Source: Eledone cirrhosa
Taxonomy: Eukaryota
NCBI GenBank assembly: GCA_964016885.1
Contig: OZ024753.1
Location: 44,516,001-44,580,000 of the forward strand
Reading direction: 5' to 3'
DNA: 64,000 nt
Every line of letters starts with the position of its first letter. Positions within the stretch are counted from its first letter, which is position 1. A model generated the notes under the pieces. The model was given only the letters and a program-made list of their open reading frames with translations. It was not told the DNA's origin and ran no database searches. Shown piece by piece: positions 1 through 12,361 of this stretch. The position numbers and the translations under genes are program-made.

Positions 1-81
1 TATATATATATATATATAAAATATTAAAAAAATAATGAATAAAACAATGAAACAGTTCCTTATATTAAACAAAAAAAGTTC

Positions 82-229
82 ATTATTTAACGATCGTTTC
101 TAGGATATATATGTGTTAGAATTGGCATGCATATTCAACAGATCTATGTACAAAATTATACAAAATTATACAAACTATCAAAATTAAATATACATACCAA
201 CACATATATATGCCGTCTTCAGAAATAAT
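82..229 (-). ncRNA. Type I hammerhead ribozyme motif with a very long helix II (family G)
   Basis: Minus strand reads ATTATTT-CTGAAGA-CGGC-ATATATATGTGTTGG...CTAACACATATATAT-CCTA-GAAA-CGATCG-TT-AAATAAT: 7-bp helix I, CUGAAGA and GAAA core, palindromic helix III, GUU cleavage triplet. The base of helix II is imperfect. The element is flanked by (TA)n. Confidence 0.75.
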
Positions 230-380
230 TTTTTTTAATATTTTATCTTGACTCTGTATTCCGTTTATCTTTCACCGAAAGTGATATTTCATTGCATCTC
301 TTCTTTCCATGATATCCGGATTACATTGAGTTCTTCATACGGATTGGACACTACCGTAAACTCTTGGTAGATTTATCTAC

Positions 381-418
<38 letters not shown>

Positions 419-518
419 ATGTATGTATGCTTGTGTATCTATGTGTGTATGTATGTATGTGGTGTATATATATATATATATATACACATATATATTTATA
501 CCTTTATTATATGTGCAT

Positions 519-700
519 ATAAAAATGACTTCTACAGGACTAGAACTGTTTCATTCATATGAAATCATATGAATGAAACAGCTCTAGACCTGTAGAAGTT
601 ATTTCTATATAATAATACAGATGTTATTTCTATATAATAATACCAATGTATTGAGTACCTTTATTAACTGTAGTTGTCCCCTGGCACAACTCGGTAACCT
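519..700 (+). mobile_element. PLE-type fold-back remnant (family D): 44-bp inverted arms plus tail, carrying a 3' half-hammerhead
   Basis: Arms 519-562 and 565-608 have 4 mismatches. Each arm carries GAAA-CAG-N8-CTG-TA. Homologous to 8330-8465, 32331-32465 and 58191-58315. Confidence 0.7.
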
Positions 701-788
701 ACACACATACACATATATATATGTTTATATATGTGATTTAAAACTGCACTATTCACAAGTGTATTTTAACCTTCATATCATGTCTTCC

Positions 789-859
789 TATTTTATCTGA
801 CGAAAACACAAATGTTATTGCATGATGATATTTGTTTTTGAAATGCGCATAATAAAATA
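789..859 (+). ncRNA. Type I hammerhead ribozyme motif (family B)
   Basis: TATTTTAT-CTGACGA-AAACACAAATGTTAT-TGCATG-ATGATATTTGTTTTT-GAAA-TGCGCA-TA-ATAAAATA: 8-bp helix I, about 14-bp helix II, palindromic helix III, AUA triplet. Lies in an element of about 735-895 between TA tracts. Confidence 0.88.
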
Positions 860-2139
860 CATGGAACTCTTTTAACCATCTTTTGATCTTATATATATGT
901 TTATATATATATATATATTTATATATATATCACCATCAGCAACATTTTTTTGTCCATTCTCTATATAACAAATGACATTTTCTTCCTTTTTTCACCTTAC
1001 TTCTTAACTCTACTTTGTTTCAAATCCTGTCAAGGTGAACTTTGCCTTTAATCCTTTTAAGGTCGATAAACAAGGAAGCTGTCCAATAATAGGAATTGGT
1101 TCTTTCCCGATTTCTCTTTCTCATTCTACCTCTTCTTTTTTTACCTCTTTCTGGAATAAATCAGATATTATCACTCCTGAAGAGAAATGAGTTTCACCAG
1201 GTTTAAATCTCCAAGACATAACGACATCCCTACAAATCAAGAAGAATTTCAGAATCCATTGGGTCCCTGCAATGCTGAGATAATCCTTACATTAATGTAC
1301 AGTCTAGTAGACATGAATATTTGGGGGCTACATACTCTGTTAAGGTATTCCTTCCATTAGTGTATGTTTGAGACAGTCAGCCTAGCAGACATGAATATTT
1401 GGGGACTACATATTCCCAAAGAAAGATTCATTTAAATGACAGACAATCAATTATTCAACAAACCTCTTAACTGCCTAATTTCATTTTCCATTTGGAATTT
1501 CTTCTGCTATGTCTTCTTCTGGGCAAGCTTTGAATGTCATGATGTCTAATTATCTCTCAATATTAATTTGAGGCTTTGCTTCTCTATAACAAATTACTTT
1601 ATCATTTGAAATGACAACAAAAAGCTCAGAGAAAAAAAAAACGCAATTGTTATAGTTGTTTTGTTTGTTTTAGTTGTTTTCTTTGCTTTAGTTATTTTGT
1701 TTGACTGGTTTAGCTATAAACAGCCAAGGCCATGGCAAAGCATTGACTTCTATGATTGTTTAAATGTTTCATTTTTCTGAAGTTTTTAGTCTTGGCACAT
1801 TGTTCGGGCGATTGCTTTCACAACCTGATAGCTGTTTTTACTGTTCATGTTTCTGTTGTTTTAGCCCTAAGTCATCAACCTTCGTTGAATAGCTACATGG
1901 TCAAAAGTATTCAAATTATAACTCAGATCATTTATTTAGTAAACTGGTTTGTTTAGTAAATGGGCATTTAGCTGTAAAAATTATTTCAAATAAAGAGCCG
2001 TAAACATTGGCAAATTCCCTATTAATGGTGTCACAATAAAATACACCCAGTACACTCTGTAAAATGGTTGCTGCAGAAATTATGTTAAACTAAGAACTGA
2101 TTGATCAATGCAACACCCTACTCATCAAATTAACAAGCA

Positions 2140-2380
2140 AGTAATTGAGCATTCCACAGACCCTTATGCAGTTCTCAATTCTCAGGGAGATTCAGTGTAA
2201 CACAGTGTGTGACAATGCTGGCACATTGAATTACGGGTACAACTCATTTTTACTAGCCATATGGACTGGAACAATGTGAAATAAAGTATCTTGCTCAAGG
2301 ACACACGGTACCTCCAGTAACCAAACAAATAACCATACAATCACAAAGAAAATACCTTAGCCATTAAACTACGTGCTTCC
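2140..2380 (-). mobile_element. Decayed tRNA-derived SINE with CORE-like domain
   Basis: Minus strand has GTGTCCTTGAGCAAGATACTTTATTTCACATTGTTCCAGTCCA, shared with 11688, 17143, 38994 and 55080. Confidence 0.6.
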
Positions 2381-2649
2381 AGAAACTGAAATATTCCACT
2401 TTTAAATCCTATATTTATTGCTTCACTTTCACAAAAGTTTATTTTTCTCCCAGTAAAATTGAAGAAAAATTGAAAACAAATGCAGCCGAGATAATCATAT
2501 GCTGCATATCTTTGATTCTTATTCCAAAATATTTTTCAATATCATTTTTTTTTTGTTTAACAACACAGAATTATATGACTAGTTCCTGTGTTGACATCTC
2601 TTGTGAGCTGTTTATTTCTTAATCATCATCATCATAATTTTCATCGTCC

Positions 2650-2682
<33 letters not shown>

Positions 2683-3870
2683 CCATTATCATCATTCTTG
2701 TAGTTGATGTTGATGTTTATTGACTGTGAACAAAGATTATAATAGTAGTGTTTATGCTACGCTTCATATAAGTATCTTTGATCAGTAGTCTAGAGAAAAA
2801 CTACAATAAAAAACAACTAACAAACATGCCATGAGAATTTAAAGCCTGGTTTTGGAAATGAAGGCAAAAATAAAATAGATTTCTTCTAAAACAATGCATA
2901 AATCAAACATTGATTACATATTTTCTTTTGCTCTTTCTTGAAGGAAATGAATAATGGTGTCAAAACCAACAGCATATTCATAGAAATATTGATTAAAAAG
3001 TTAAGACAAAGTATAATGTGCCATAATCCCATTGGGCCATGGAGCCATTACTGTAAACTTCCTCCTCGATATATGTGAGGTATTCATGTGTGGATATTGG
3101 GATTCTTTTTCTATGACTATTGTAGAAATTGTGCTCTGTACTGTAAGCTAAAGAAACTTAACCCTCAACATCTTGTAATTTTGTAGCACATGAAGCCACA
3201 TTATCAAAAATAAAACAGCACTGACTGCATTACATTAAATATTTAAATCTTTATTTTAATGCAGTAACTGTACACTAGTAAAGTTACTACAAACATTTTA
3301 TTCAACAACCCTATTAAAATCACATTAGCAAGACATTCTTGAAAAGCAGCACTGTGGCATTAAGAATTTACCAAAGATTCAAATATAAGCCAAGGAATAT
3401 ATGATAAAAAAATCGATGGATTATATTCAAGAACAATATTTTCACCAACTTTAAATTCAACGTAAATAACGTTTTGGATTTTTTGCTCAATTCTCAGATA
3501 TAAAATGGTGGGGCCAGCTTATGCTTATATTCGAGTATATACAGTAAGTATTTACTCTACTACTACAAATTTTCACAACTCAATCACTAGGAAATGTTTG
3601 AATTAACAAGCCACATAAAAATAAAATGTAAGGTTTTCTTTTTCTACCTGAATATGAAGAAGACATTACATCTATTGAACATCAACTATTTCAACCATCT
3701 TATTACAGAATACATTAAAAAGATATCGATTCACTTTTTAGAAAGAGATTGAAAAAATATTGAAAAATATATTTATTGTTTCCTCCCTTTTTAAATGCAA
3801 AGTCGTTGATGTTTTTATATCAGTTTTAAATGTACAAAATAGTAGTCTTGTGTTTTTTTTATTTGAGTGA

Positions 3871-4140
3871 TCACAGCTCTGATACTATGGTCATGTGGTT
3901 AGAATGTCTCAGGAAAGAATCACTGGACTGATATTACAGGCAAAACCAACCGACAGGAGACCCAGGCGGAGACCCCAAGCAAGATGGTTGGATAACATAC
4001 ATGAGCTTGACTGGTCTTGCTTGGGGATCCATCCCTATCAGTTGGAGCTGGTTGCTTCTGACAGAACCAACTGGAAGGAGTGTTTGAAGACTCCCCCAAT
4101 CGACCCTCTCAGGAATAAGTGTGCGAAGTAGTAGTAGCAG
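3871..4140 (+). mobile_element. 3' end of RTE-like LINE (decayed ORF C-terminus)
   Basis: Translates to QL*YYGHVVRMSQERITGLILQAKPTDRRPRRRPQARWLDNI...ASDRTNWKE, matching the LRWxGHVxR...GxRxxGRPxxRWxD...AxDRxxW pattern of RTE ORF ends. Short (GTA)n tail. Confidence 0.8.
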
Positions 4141-4559
4141 TGTTAAAGAATAAAAATTAATGATAAAATATAAATGTATTTTAAAAAACAAGACCCCTGA
4201 GGATGTGAAGCCCAAAGCTATAACTTATTTACCTTATAGATAAGTCCAGCACTGTCCTCCTTCTACACACAAATATCTCAGACAAACACACACACATAAT
4301 GTGAAAATAATTTTGTGTTAGAAACTGTAAGTGTCGAATATTGTTACTTTACGGAATATAGAATATTAAGATTGTAATATTTCTAATTTCAAATTCTCCC
4401 CAAATTTTATGGCATCATTACAAGGATTCATCGAAGTAATAATGTTATAAATAAGTTGACAGTTACAGACAATGTGGAAGTTATAACTGACAATTGTGAG
4501 CTGAACCACTTGATATTAAGTCTTTCTTCCTCATAGCCACAATTATATATAATGGTTGA

Positions 4560-6676
4560 GGCTCTATACCTCATAGCTATGACTGTATATACACCAGTTA
4601 AGGCTCTCATGCTCTACATCATAGCTATGACTGTATATACACCAGTTAAGGCTCTCATGCTCTACATCATAGCTATGACTGTATATACACCAGTTAAGGC
4701 TCTCATGCTCTACATCATAGCTATGACTGTATATACACCAGTTAAGGCTCTCATGCTCTACATCATAGCTATGACTGTATATACACCAGTTAAGGCTCTC
4801 ATGCTCTACATCATAGCTATCACTATATATACACCAGTTAAGGCTCTCATGCTCTACATCATAGCTATGACTATATATACACCAGTTAAGGCTCTCATCT
4901 TTCTACCTCATAGCTATGACTATATATACACCAGTTAAGGCTCTCATCTTTCTACCTCATAGCTATGACTGTATATACACCAGTTAAGGCTCTCATCTTT
5001 CTACCTCATAGCTATGACTGTATATACACCAGTTAAGGCTCTCATCTTTCTACCTCATAGCTATGACTGTATATACACCAGTTAAGGCTCTCATCTTTTT
5101 ACCTCATAGCTATGACTATATATACACCAGTTAAGGCTCTCATGCTCTACCTCATAGCTATGACTATATATACACCAGTTAAGGCTCTCATGCTCTACCT
5201 CATAGCTATGACTATATATACACCAGTTAAGGCTCTCATGCTCTACATCATAGCTATGACTATATATACACCAGTTAAGGCTCTCATGCTCTACATCATA
5301 GCTATGACTATATATACACCAGTTAAGGCTCTCATCTTTCTACCTCATAGCTATGACTATATATACACCAGTTAAGGCTCTCATCTTTCTACCTCATAGC
5401 TATGACTATATATACACCAGTTAAGGCTCTCATCTTTCTACCTCATAGCTATGACTATATATACACCAGTTAAGGCTCTCATCTTTCTACCTCATAGCTA
5501 TGACTATATATACACCAGTTAAGGCTCTCATCTTTCTACCTCATAGCTATGACTGTATATACACCAGTTAAGGCTCTCATGCTCTACCTCATAGCTATCA
5601 CTATATATACACCAGTTAAGGCTCTCATGCTCTACATCATAGCTATGACTATATATTCACCAGTTAAGGCTCTCATGCTCTACATCATAGCTATGACTAT
5701 ATATTCACCAGTTAAGGCTCTCATGCTCTACCTCATAGCTATGACTATATATACACCAGTTAAGGCTCTCATGCTCTACATCATAGCTATGACTATATAT
5801 ACACCAGTTAAGGCTCTCATCTTTCTACCTCATAGCTATGACTATATATACACCAGTTAAGGCTCTCATCTTTCTACATCATAGCTATGACTATATATAC
5901 ACCAGTTAAGGCTCTCATCTTTCTACCTCATAGCTATGACTATATATTCACCAGTTAAGGCTCTCATGCTCTACATCATAGCTATGACTATATATTCACC
6001 AGTTAAGGCTCTCATGCTCTACATCATAGCTATGACTATATATACACCAGTTAAGGCTCTCATCTTTCTACCTCATAGCTATCACTATATATACACCAGT
6101 TAAGGCTCTCATGCTCTACATCATAGCTATGACTATATATACACCAGTTAAGGCTCTCATGCTCTACATCATAGCTATGACTATATATACACCAGTTAAG
6201 GCTCTCATCTTTCTACCTCATAGCTATGACTATATATTCACCAGTTAAGGCTCTCATGCTCTACATCATAGCTATGACTGTATATACACCAGTTAAGGCT
6301 CTCATCTTTCTACCTCATAGCTATGACTATATATTCACCAGTTAAGGCTCTCATGCTCTACATCATAGCTATGACTGTATATACACCAGTTAAGGCTCTT
6401 ATCTTTCTACCTCATAGCTATGACTGTATATACACCAGTTAAGGCTCTCATCTTTCTACCTCATAGCTATCACTATATATACACCAGTTAAGGCTCTCAT
6501 CTTTCTACCTCATAGCTATCACTATATATACACCAGTTAAGGCTCTCATGCTCTACATCATAGCTATGACTATATATTCACCAGTTAAGGCTCTCATGCT
6601 CTACATCATAGCTATGACTATATATTCACCAGTTAAGGCTCTCATGCTCTACATCATAGCTATGACTATATATACA
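4560..6676. repeat. 48/49-bp minisatellite, about 43-44 copies
   Basis: Unit CCAGTTAAGGCTCTCAT(GC/CTT)TCTAC(A/C)TCATAGCTATGACT(G/A)TATATACA with no spacers. Explains the 16-aa repeat ORFs. Confidence 0.97.
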
Positions 6677-7802
6677 GTGTTCAAGTCTCTCTTCCTCAGA
6701 AACAGCCCTGAGCTCCCCAAACATGAACAGCCCTGAGCTCCCCAACACTTAAATAGGGCCCTGAATATATCACAACTATCTAAACTCTTATGATGAAGAG
6801 AGACGAGAGCATTAAACAGTGTATATAGTTTATTCCTACAGATCTGTGTTTTGGCTTGGTTTCTATGGCTGGATGACCTTCCTAACACCAGCCACATTAC
6901 AGTGTGGTCTGGGTGCTTTTTATCATGACACCGAAATGACCACCTTACAGGGTGAATATATCTATCTATTTATACATATATATACACATACATGTATATG
7001 TATGTATATATATGTGTTTAAATATATGTATACTTTTCTATCTATACATATATATATATACACACACATACATACACTGTTTTCAAATAATTTCAACACA
7101 AAATTATCTCAAACATGGCAAGCTCCACAATTTAATGGAAATATTTCTAAAAGTTAGAGAATTCGAATATATTTTTTTATATTTTAAATTTTCATAGTTT
7201 ATAGATACGAAAATTGTAGAAATAAAATGACATTTCCGAACACATCTATTCTATTTTAACAGAATAAAAAAATAAATTCCCCTAAAAATGTTTGAATAAT
7301 ATATTTTCATTTATATTCTATTTATCATTTTATCATTTGCCTGTTTATGGGTGACATTTCTAATTTTTGTTTTTCTCTTTAATACAAACAAACCGTTCTC
7401 TCACTATTTGCCTCGGAATAAATTCCACTTTAGCCAAATTTTTGTAAAGCACTTTATTTCTTCACAAACAAATACAGCAAATGTAGCCTTACCCTCAAGT
7501 GTAATTATTATTAAATAGTTCTTTATGGAAATCAAAGTAAATGTTTTGTTTATTTCATTTTATTTTATTCTTATTTTTATTTTTATTTTATTTTATTTTT
7601 TTTTTTTTTTTTTTTACCAAATTAGTTGCCTCCATCACCTCATTTCAAATATTTGTAATTTCATGACAGAAATGGGAATAGTTCTTTAGAAAAAAGTATC
7701 TAAACATTAACCTAATGCGGTTTCTCCCATGTATTAGTCATTAGAGATTATGAAAGAGAGTTTTACAGGACTAACAAATATCCATTATATATATATATAT
7801 AT

Positions 7803-7924
7803 AGGAAAAGAATCAGGACCCCGATGGCTGAGCTCCAGCCTTTTCGACAGCTAGATCCTATTACCCACTCTACTACCCTCGAGTACTCTGGTGTGTTATG
7901 GTATCTTACCACATCTTCTTTGTT
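7803..7924 (+). mobile_element. PLE-type remnant family C (inverted arm plus tail, second arm deleted)
   Basis: GGAAAAGAATCAGGACCCCGATGGCTGAGCTC...GACAGCTAGAT joined directly to the family tail CCTATTACCCACTCTACTACCC...CTTTGTT. (TA)n on both sides. Confidence 0.75.
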
Positions 7925-8084
7925 ATATATATATATATTTTGAGTGTATGTTGGTTGTTTACCGACACCTCAGTATGCAGATTGGAGCACTCGACGAAGT
8001 ACGCAGGTTGGTTTGTTTACTCCGGAGTAATGTAAAATAAGTAAGTCAAACATGTAAAATTTGGCTTCGTTTATTATAAATTCT

Positions 8085-8137
8085 CTGCTATATATATTTT
8101 GGTGACAGCTATTATTGGCTGTGACCTCTTCAAGCAG
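8085..8137 (-). ncRNA. Degenerate type I hammerhead motif (family F)
   Basis: CTGC-TTGAAGA-GGTCACAGC-CAATAATA-GCTGTCACC-AAAA-TATATA-TA-GCAG. All three helices are present, but the core has C3>U and G12>A, so it is probably inactive. Confidence 0.65.
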
Positions 8138-8140
8138 TAC

Positions 8141-8209
8141 AAATTAATGTGGAAAAGACAGGTAAATTAATGTGGAAAAGACAGGTAAATTAATGTGGAA
8201 AAGACAGGT
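8141..8209. repeat. 23-bp tandem triplication
   Basis: AAATTAATGTGGAAAAGACAGGT x3. Confidence 0.9.
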
Positions 8210-8411
8210 TGTTGAAATATGTTCCACTCTGTCAATTCAACGATATGTCCAGCTCCTGGGTGTGTTGTTAGTCCTCTGAAGAACTGGAATCATATATATA
8301 TATATACATCTGTGTGTGTGTGTGTGAGACCCAGTTTCAATTGGGGTTAAACACAGTAGGTAACGTACTCAATACATTAGTAGAGTGTGAACATCATGTT
8401 TAATATAGAAG

Positions 8412-8465
8412 TGGCTTCTACAGGACTAGATCTGTTTCATTCAAAATAAATCATCAGTAAAGCCA
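8412..8465 (-). ncRNA. Type I hammerhead motif (family D, full core)
   Basis: TGGCTTT-A-CTGATGA-TTTATTTTGAAT-GAAA-CAG-ATCTAGTC-CTG-TA-GAAGCCA: 7-bp helix I offset by one extra A, weak helix II, GUA triplet. The family tail continues to about 8330. Confidence 0.65.
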
Positions 8466-8805
8466 ACTGTCCTTGTAAAATGGTTGTATTTATGTTTTCC
8501 AGAAAACATATGAGAACTAAAAGAGGAGAAAAGCTTGTCAGTTCTATACCATTATGCCCAGCTAGAATGAGAGACATAAGAAAGAGTAAAAACTATAGGA
8601 AGACACAGATAGATAAACATAAATACACCCACCACCACCACAACCAACACACACACACACATGTACACATGCCAAACATAATGCCACACACACAGACACA
8701 GATGCAAACACATGCACAGACAGGGAAGCATATGACAGAAAGACAAGATAGAGTAAACAAAATAAGTCCAGAAGAAGAGGAGGTGCAGAGGAAAACAAAT
8801 AATTA

Positions 8806-8950
8806 TTGAGAGGGTCATAGAATGTGTGATGAAAGAACTTTGAAAATTCCGTACGATAACAAACTAAATAATAATTAATAATAAAACTGAAGTTACAATC
8901 AAATAGATTGGGTATTTTTATTGGCAACATGACCATCCCTTAGTATAACA
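8806..8950 (+). mobile_element. PLE-type remnant family E with degenerate hammerhead core
   Basis: GGTCATAGAATGTGTGAT-GAAA-GAACTTTG and TTGGCAACATGACC...AGTATAACAATAT match the minus-strand copy at 11172-11490. Confidence 0.5.
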
Positions 8951-9038
8951 ATATATATATATATAAATGTATATATATATATATATAAATGTATATATAT
9001 ATATAAATGTATATATATATAAATGTATATATATATAA

Positions 9039-9110
<72 letters not shown>

Positions 9111-9582
9111 AAATATATATATATTTATATATATATATATATTTATTTATGTATATATATGTGTCCCACCCTTGCAAGCAGGGAAAGGCGGACGTAAAAT
9201 GATGATGATGTATACACACACCATCCACACAACTCCCACATCATGTTACACATATATTCGTGAAAAAGATAAAGAGATTATTAAGTGCAGAGGCGAAAAG
9301 TTTATCTCTCACATCACATCACATATCTCATTCTTTTCTGCTAGAGACCAATAATGTTGAGTTCAATAAGTGCTACTACGTTTAACTGTTATATTTATCT
9401 GAACTGTAATTGATCGGTTTATCTCGATGAAGTTGTTTTGTTTTGCTAAGAAAATTCCTATCATTTCATATAATTGTTGCAATGAAGTCTCAAACGCATG
9501 TGGAATAATCACATTATTCATTAACACATGTATGTAGATACCTTCAAGTACCAACCCGATACTACTATATCAATCGCCCCCC

Positions 9583-9624
<42 letters not shown>

Positions 9625-9756
9625 GTATGTATAAAGATCCACATAGTCCTGGATATATATATAGCCAGGGCTATACAGATCTTTATTCCAGTGACTTCAT
9701 TAACAAATTTATATATATATATATATATATATAGCGAGAGAGAGAGAGAGAATATA

Positions 9757-9866
9757 CAGGGTGGCCCAAATGTCGCAATACATAGTTTCCATATTTATTT
9801 ATTTTGAATAAATTATTTCTTATAAAACATAATCATTTTTTTTATCTATCGTGACTTTTGGGCCTC

Positions 9867-9870
<4 letters not shown>
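9757..9870. mobile_element. Tc1/mariner-type MITE
   Basis: TA-CAGGGTGGCCCAAATGTCGCAATA ... TATCGTGACTTTTGGGCCTCCCTA-TA: imperfect terminal inverted repeats of about 24 bp with a TA target site. Confidence 0.75.
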
Positions 9871-9918
<48 letters not shown>

Positions 9919-10265
9919 TCCTATGCGAGCAAGACAACCACTCTTGCCTCAAGTGGGAAAACCCCCGTCCAAACCCATGCAAGCGTGGAACACGGACGCT
10001 AAACCTGATGATGATGATGATGATGAAAAGGGTCAAAACACTTGCTTGAGTGAGGTTCCTTCTCTGAAGACCTTCTGCTGTCCAGATCTCTTGACGGTTT
10101 TTTACCACTATATATATATATATGTATAAAGGGAGAGATAGTAAGAAAAATGGACATTAAATAATGATATGTATATACATATATATTCTTTTAGTGTTAG
10201 TGTTTTAAGTCATTGGATTGTGGTCATATATATTCATGTATATATGTATATATATATATATATAT

Positions 10266-10443
10266 AGGAAAAAAGCTCAAGCCGTTTCGACGGGTATTTC
10301 TGGAGTCCAGAAATAGCCGTCGAAACGGCTTGAGCTCTGCCGTCGGGGGTCATAATCTTTCCTATTTCCCACTCTACTACCCTAAGAGTAGAGTACTCTG
10401 GTGCGTTATGGTCCATCTGGTTCCTTACCACAATTCCTTTGTT
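10266..10443 (+). mobile_element. PLE-type fold-back remnant family C
   Basis: Palindrome centred near 10305. GAAA-CGGC-TTGAGCTCT-GCCG-TC-GGGGGTC at 10322-10351, then the conserved tail. TA flanks. Confidence 0.8.
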
Positions 10444-10908
10444 ATATATATATATAAAGAGAGAGAGAGCTAGGTTTTGTTAGGTTGAGTTTGTATAAAA
10501 AATGTTAGCGTACATTTACATGGATTTTTAAAAGAGAAACCCCATATATAAAAATGTTATTATACACACCAAGTATCATCTAAATAAAAACAAAGATAAA
10601 ATAAGGAGAAGAGGTTACAGTAAAAGGATGAACTAGAAATAGATATGTGTTCATTGTTATTGTTATATGATGACATTACAAATAGTAAAATGATATATTC
10701 CTCCTTATGTCCTTATGTAGCTATAGGAGAATTGTTGGGATAAAGTGAAACTATAGACTGAGAGCTAAGTGATAGAATAACCAGATGTTAGCTCTGAGTT
10801 TGAAATGGATTCCGAAGTAACCCTTTCTATAATCTTCAATTTATTCTGTTGTTATGACATAGGTAAGGCCTTTGGTGGTGTCAGGTAAAACATTTTAGAG
10901 TTTGCATT

Positions 10909-10957
<49 letters not shown>

Positions 10958-10960
<3 letters not shown>

Positions 10961-11086
10961 GAAGGTGAGTAATAGTGTAGAACAATAAAACTATGCATAT
11001 ATCAGATAAGTAGCACTCAACTGCTGTTGTTTTCGAAATGCACATAATAAAATATATGGAACTTTTTTAACCATCTTTTAATTTCT

Positions 11087-11095
<9 letters not shown>
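10958..11095. mobile_element. Internally deleted family B remnant
   Basis: Reverse tail homologous to 32811-32880 joined to GAAATGCACATAATAAAATA...TTTTAACCATC (3' half of the family B hammerhead). Confidence 0.7.
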
Positions 11096-11171
<76 letters not shown>

Positions 11172-11174
<3 letters not shown>

Positions 11175-11490
11175 CGTGAATTTGTTTAGCAAGATTCTTT
11201 ATCTGAAAACGTGTGTTGAAACCCATATTGTTATACTTTGGTAGGGTCATGTTGCCAAAAAGAAACACACGCACCAGTTGCTTTCACTTCAATTTATTAT
11301 AATAAATTTATAAATTTAGGAATTTATAAATTTCCAGTTAGTTGGTTGGTTCCACAACCAGATGGTTGTTTATATATTGTCAAAGTTCTTTCGTCACACA
11401 TTCTGTGACCTCTTCAGTGACTGGGGATTCTTTTCTTTGTTTTTGTGCGTCTCCTTTGTTCTGTCCTACGCCATCTTGTTTTTGTGTGTG
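11172..11490 (-). mobile_element. PLE-type remnant family E with hammerhead core at 11389-11417
   Basis: Minus strand CTGAAGA-G-GTCACA-GAATG-TGTGAC-GAAA: 6-bp helix II with one extra G after A9. Helices I and III could not be reconstructed. Confidence 0.5.
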
Positions 11491-11562
11491 TCATATATAT
11501 ATATATATATATATATATAATCCATCCTGATTTATATTTATATATATATATATATATAAATA

Positions 11563-11663
11563 TAAATCAGGATGGATTCAGTTATAAATTGGTTAGACCA
11601 TTATTCACCACAGTACTCGATACTTGTGAAATAGCTTTTGAAATGGCAAGAGCTCAGTCGTCG
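11563..11663. mobile_element. Diverged, deleted family C remnant
   Basis: GACCATTATTCACCACAGTACTCGATACTT matches the reverse family C tail, followed by GAAA-TGGC-AAGAGCTCA-GTCG-TC-GG. Confidence 0.6.
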
Positions 11664-11687
11664 GTGTGTGTGTGTGTGTGTGTGAAG

Positions 11688-12135
11688 TCGCATGGCTTAG
11701 TGGTTAGAGCATTGGGCTTGCAATCGAAAGGTTGTGAGTTCAATCCTCGGATCAGGTGATGCGTTGTTTCCTTGAGCAAGTCACTTTGTTTCACATTGCT
11801 CCAGTTTACTCAACTGCAGAAATGAGATGATAGGACTGGGGTCCCTATCATTCCACTACAAAGTGGCCGTGGAGGTGCCACGGCAAAAAAAGCACCCAGC
11901 CCTCACTTTAAAGTGGACGTGTAGGCGCTACGGGGGAAAAAAAGCACCCAGCACTCACTGCACTCACTGTAAATGAGGTTGGATTTAGGAAGGGCATCCA
12001 GCTGTAGAAATCAAGCCAGAATCAGTTCCCGTATGAGCAAGACAAAGTCAGCCGACCGGACACTACCTATAACAGGGCAACCCATCTAACCCATGTTAGC
12101 GTGGAAGAACTGACATAAAACGGTGATGATGATGA
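11688..12135 (+). mobile_element. tRNA-derived SINE: A/B boxes, CORE-like domain, internal ~43-bp repeats, (GAT)n tail
   Basis: TGGCTTAGTGG (A box), GAGTTCAATCC (B box), TTCCTTGAGCAAGTCACTTT...CTCAACTG, AGGAAGGGCATCCAGCTGTAGAAA, AACCCATGTTAGCGTGGAA, GATGATGATG. Confidence 0.85.
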
Positions 12136-12145
12136 GGATATATAT

Positions 12146-12361
12146 AGAAAAAGAGTCAGGACTCCGATGGCTGAGCTCTAGCCATTCCGATAGCTAAGTC
12201 TGAACTGAGGTCTGAACTGAGTTCAAATCTAGCTGTCGAAATGGTCGAAGCTCAGCCATTCAGGGTCCTGACTCTTTTCCTATTACCCACTCTACTACCC
12301 TAAGTATCGAGTACTCTGGTGCATTATGGTCCACCTGGTTCCTTACCACACAGCCTTTGTT
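12146..12361 (+). mobile_element. PLE-type fold-back remnant family C (diverged)
   Basis: GAAAAAGAGTCAGGAC... / ...GTCCTGACTCTTTTCC inverted arms plus conserved tail, in TA context. Confidence 0.8.

Noticed and set aside
4560-6676. CRISPR-like array or repeat protein gene
   Set aside because: No unique spacers and no cas genes; 49-bp units break the reading frame.
11688-11765. tRNA genes at SINE heads
   Set aside because: A and B boxes continue into SINE bodies; no complete cloverleaf with acceptor stem.
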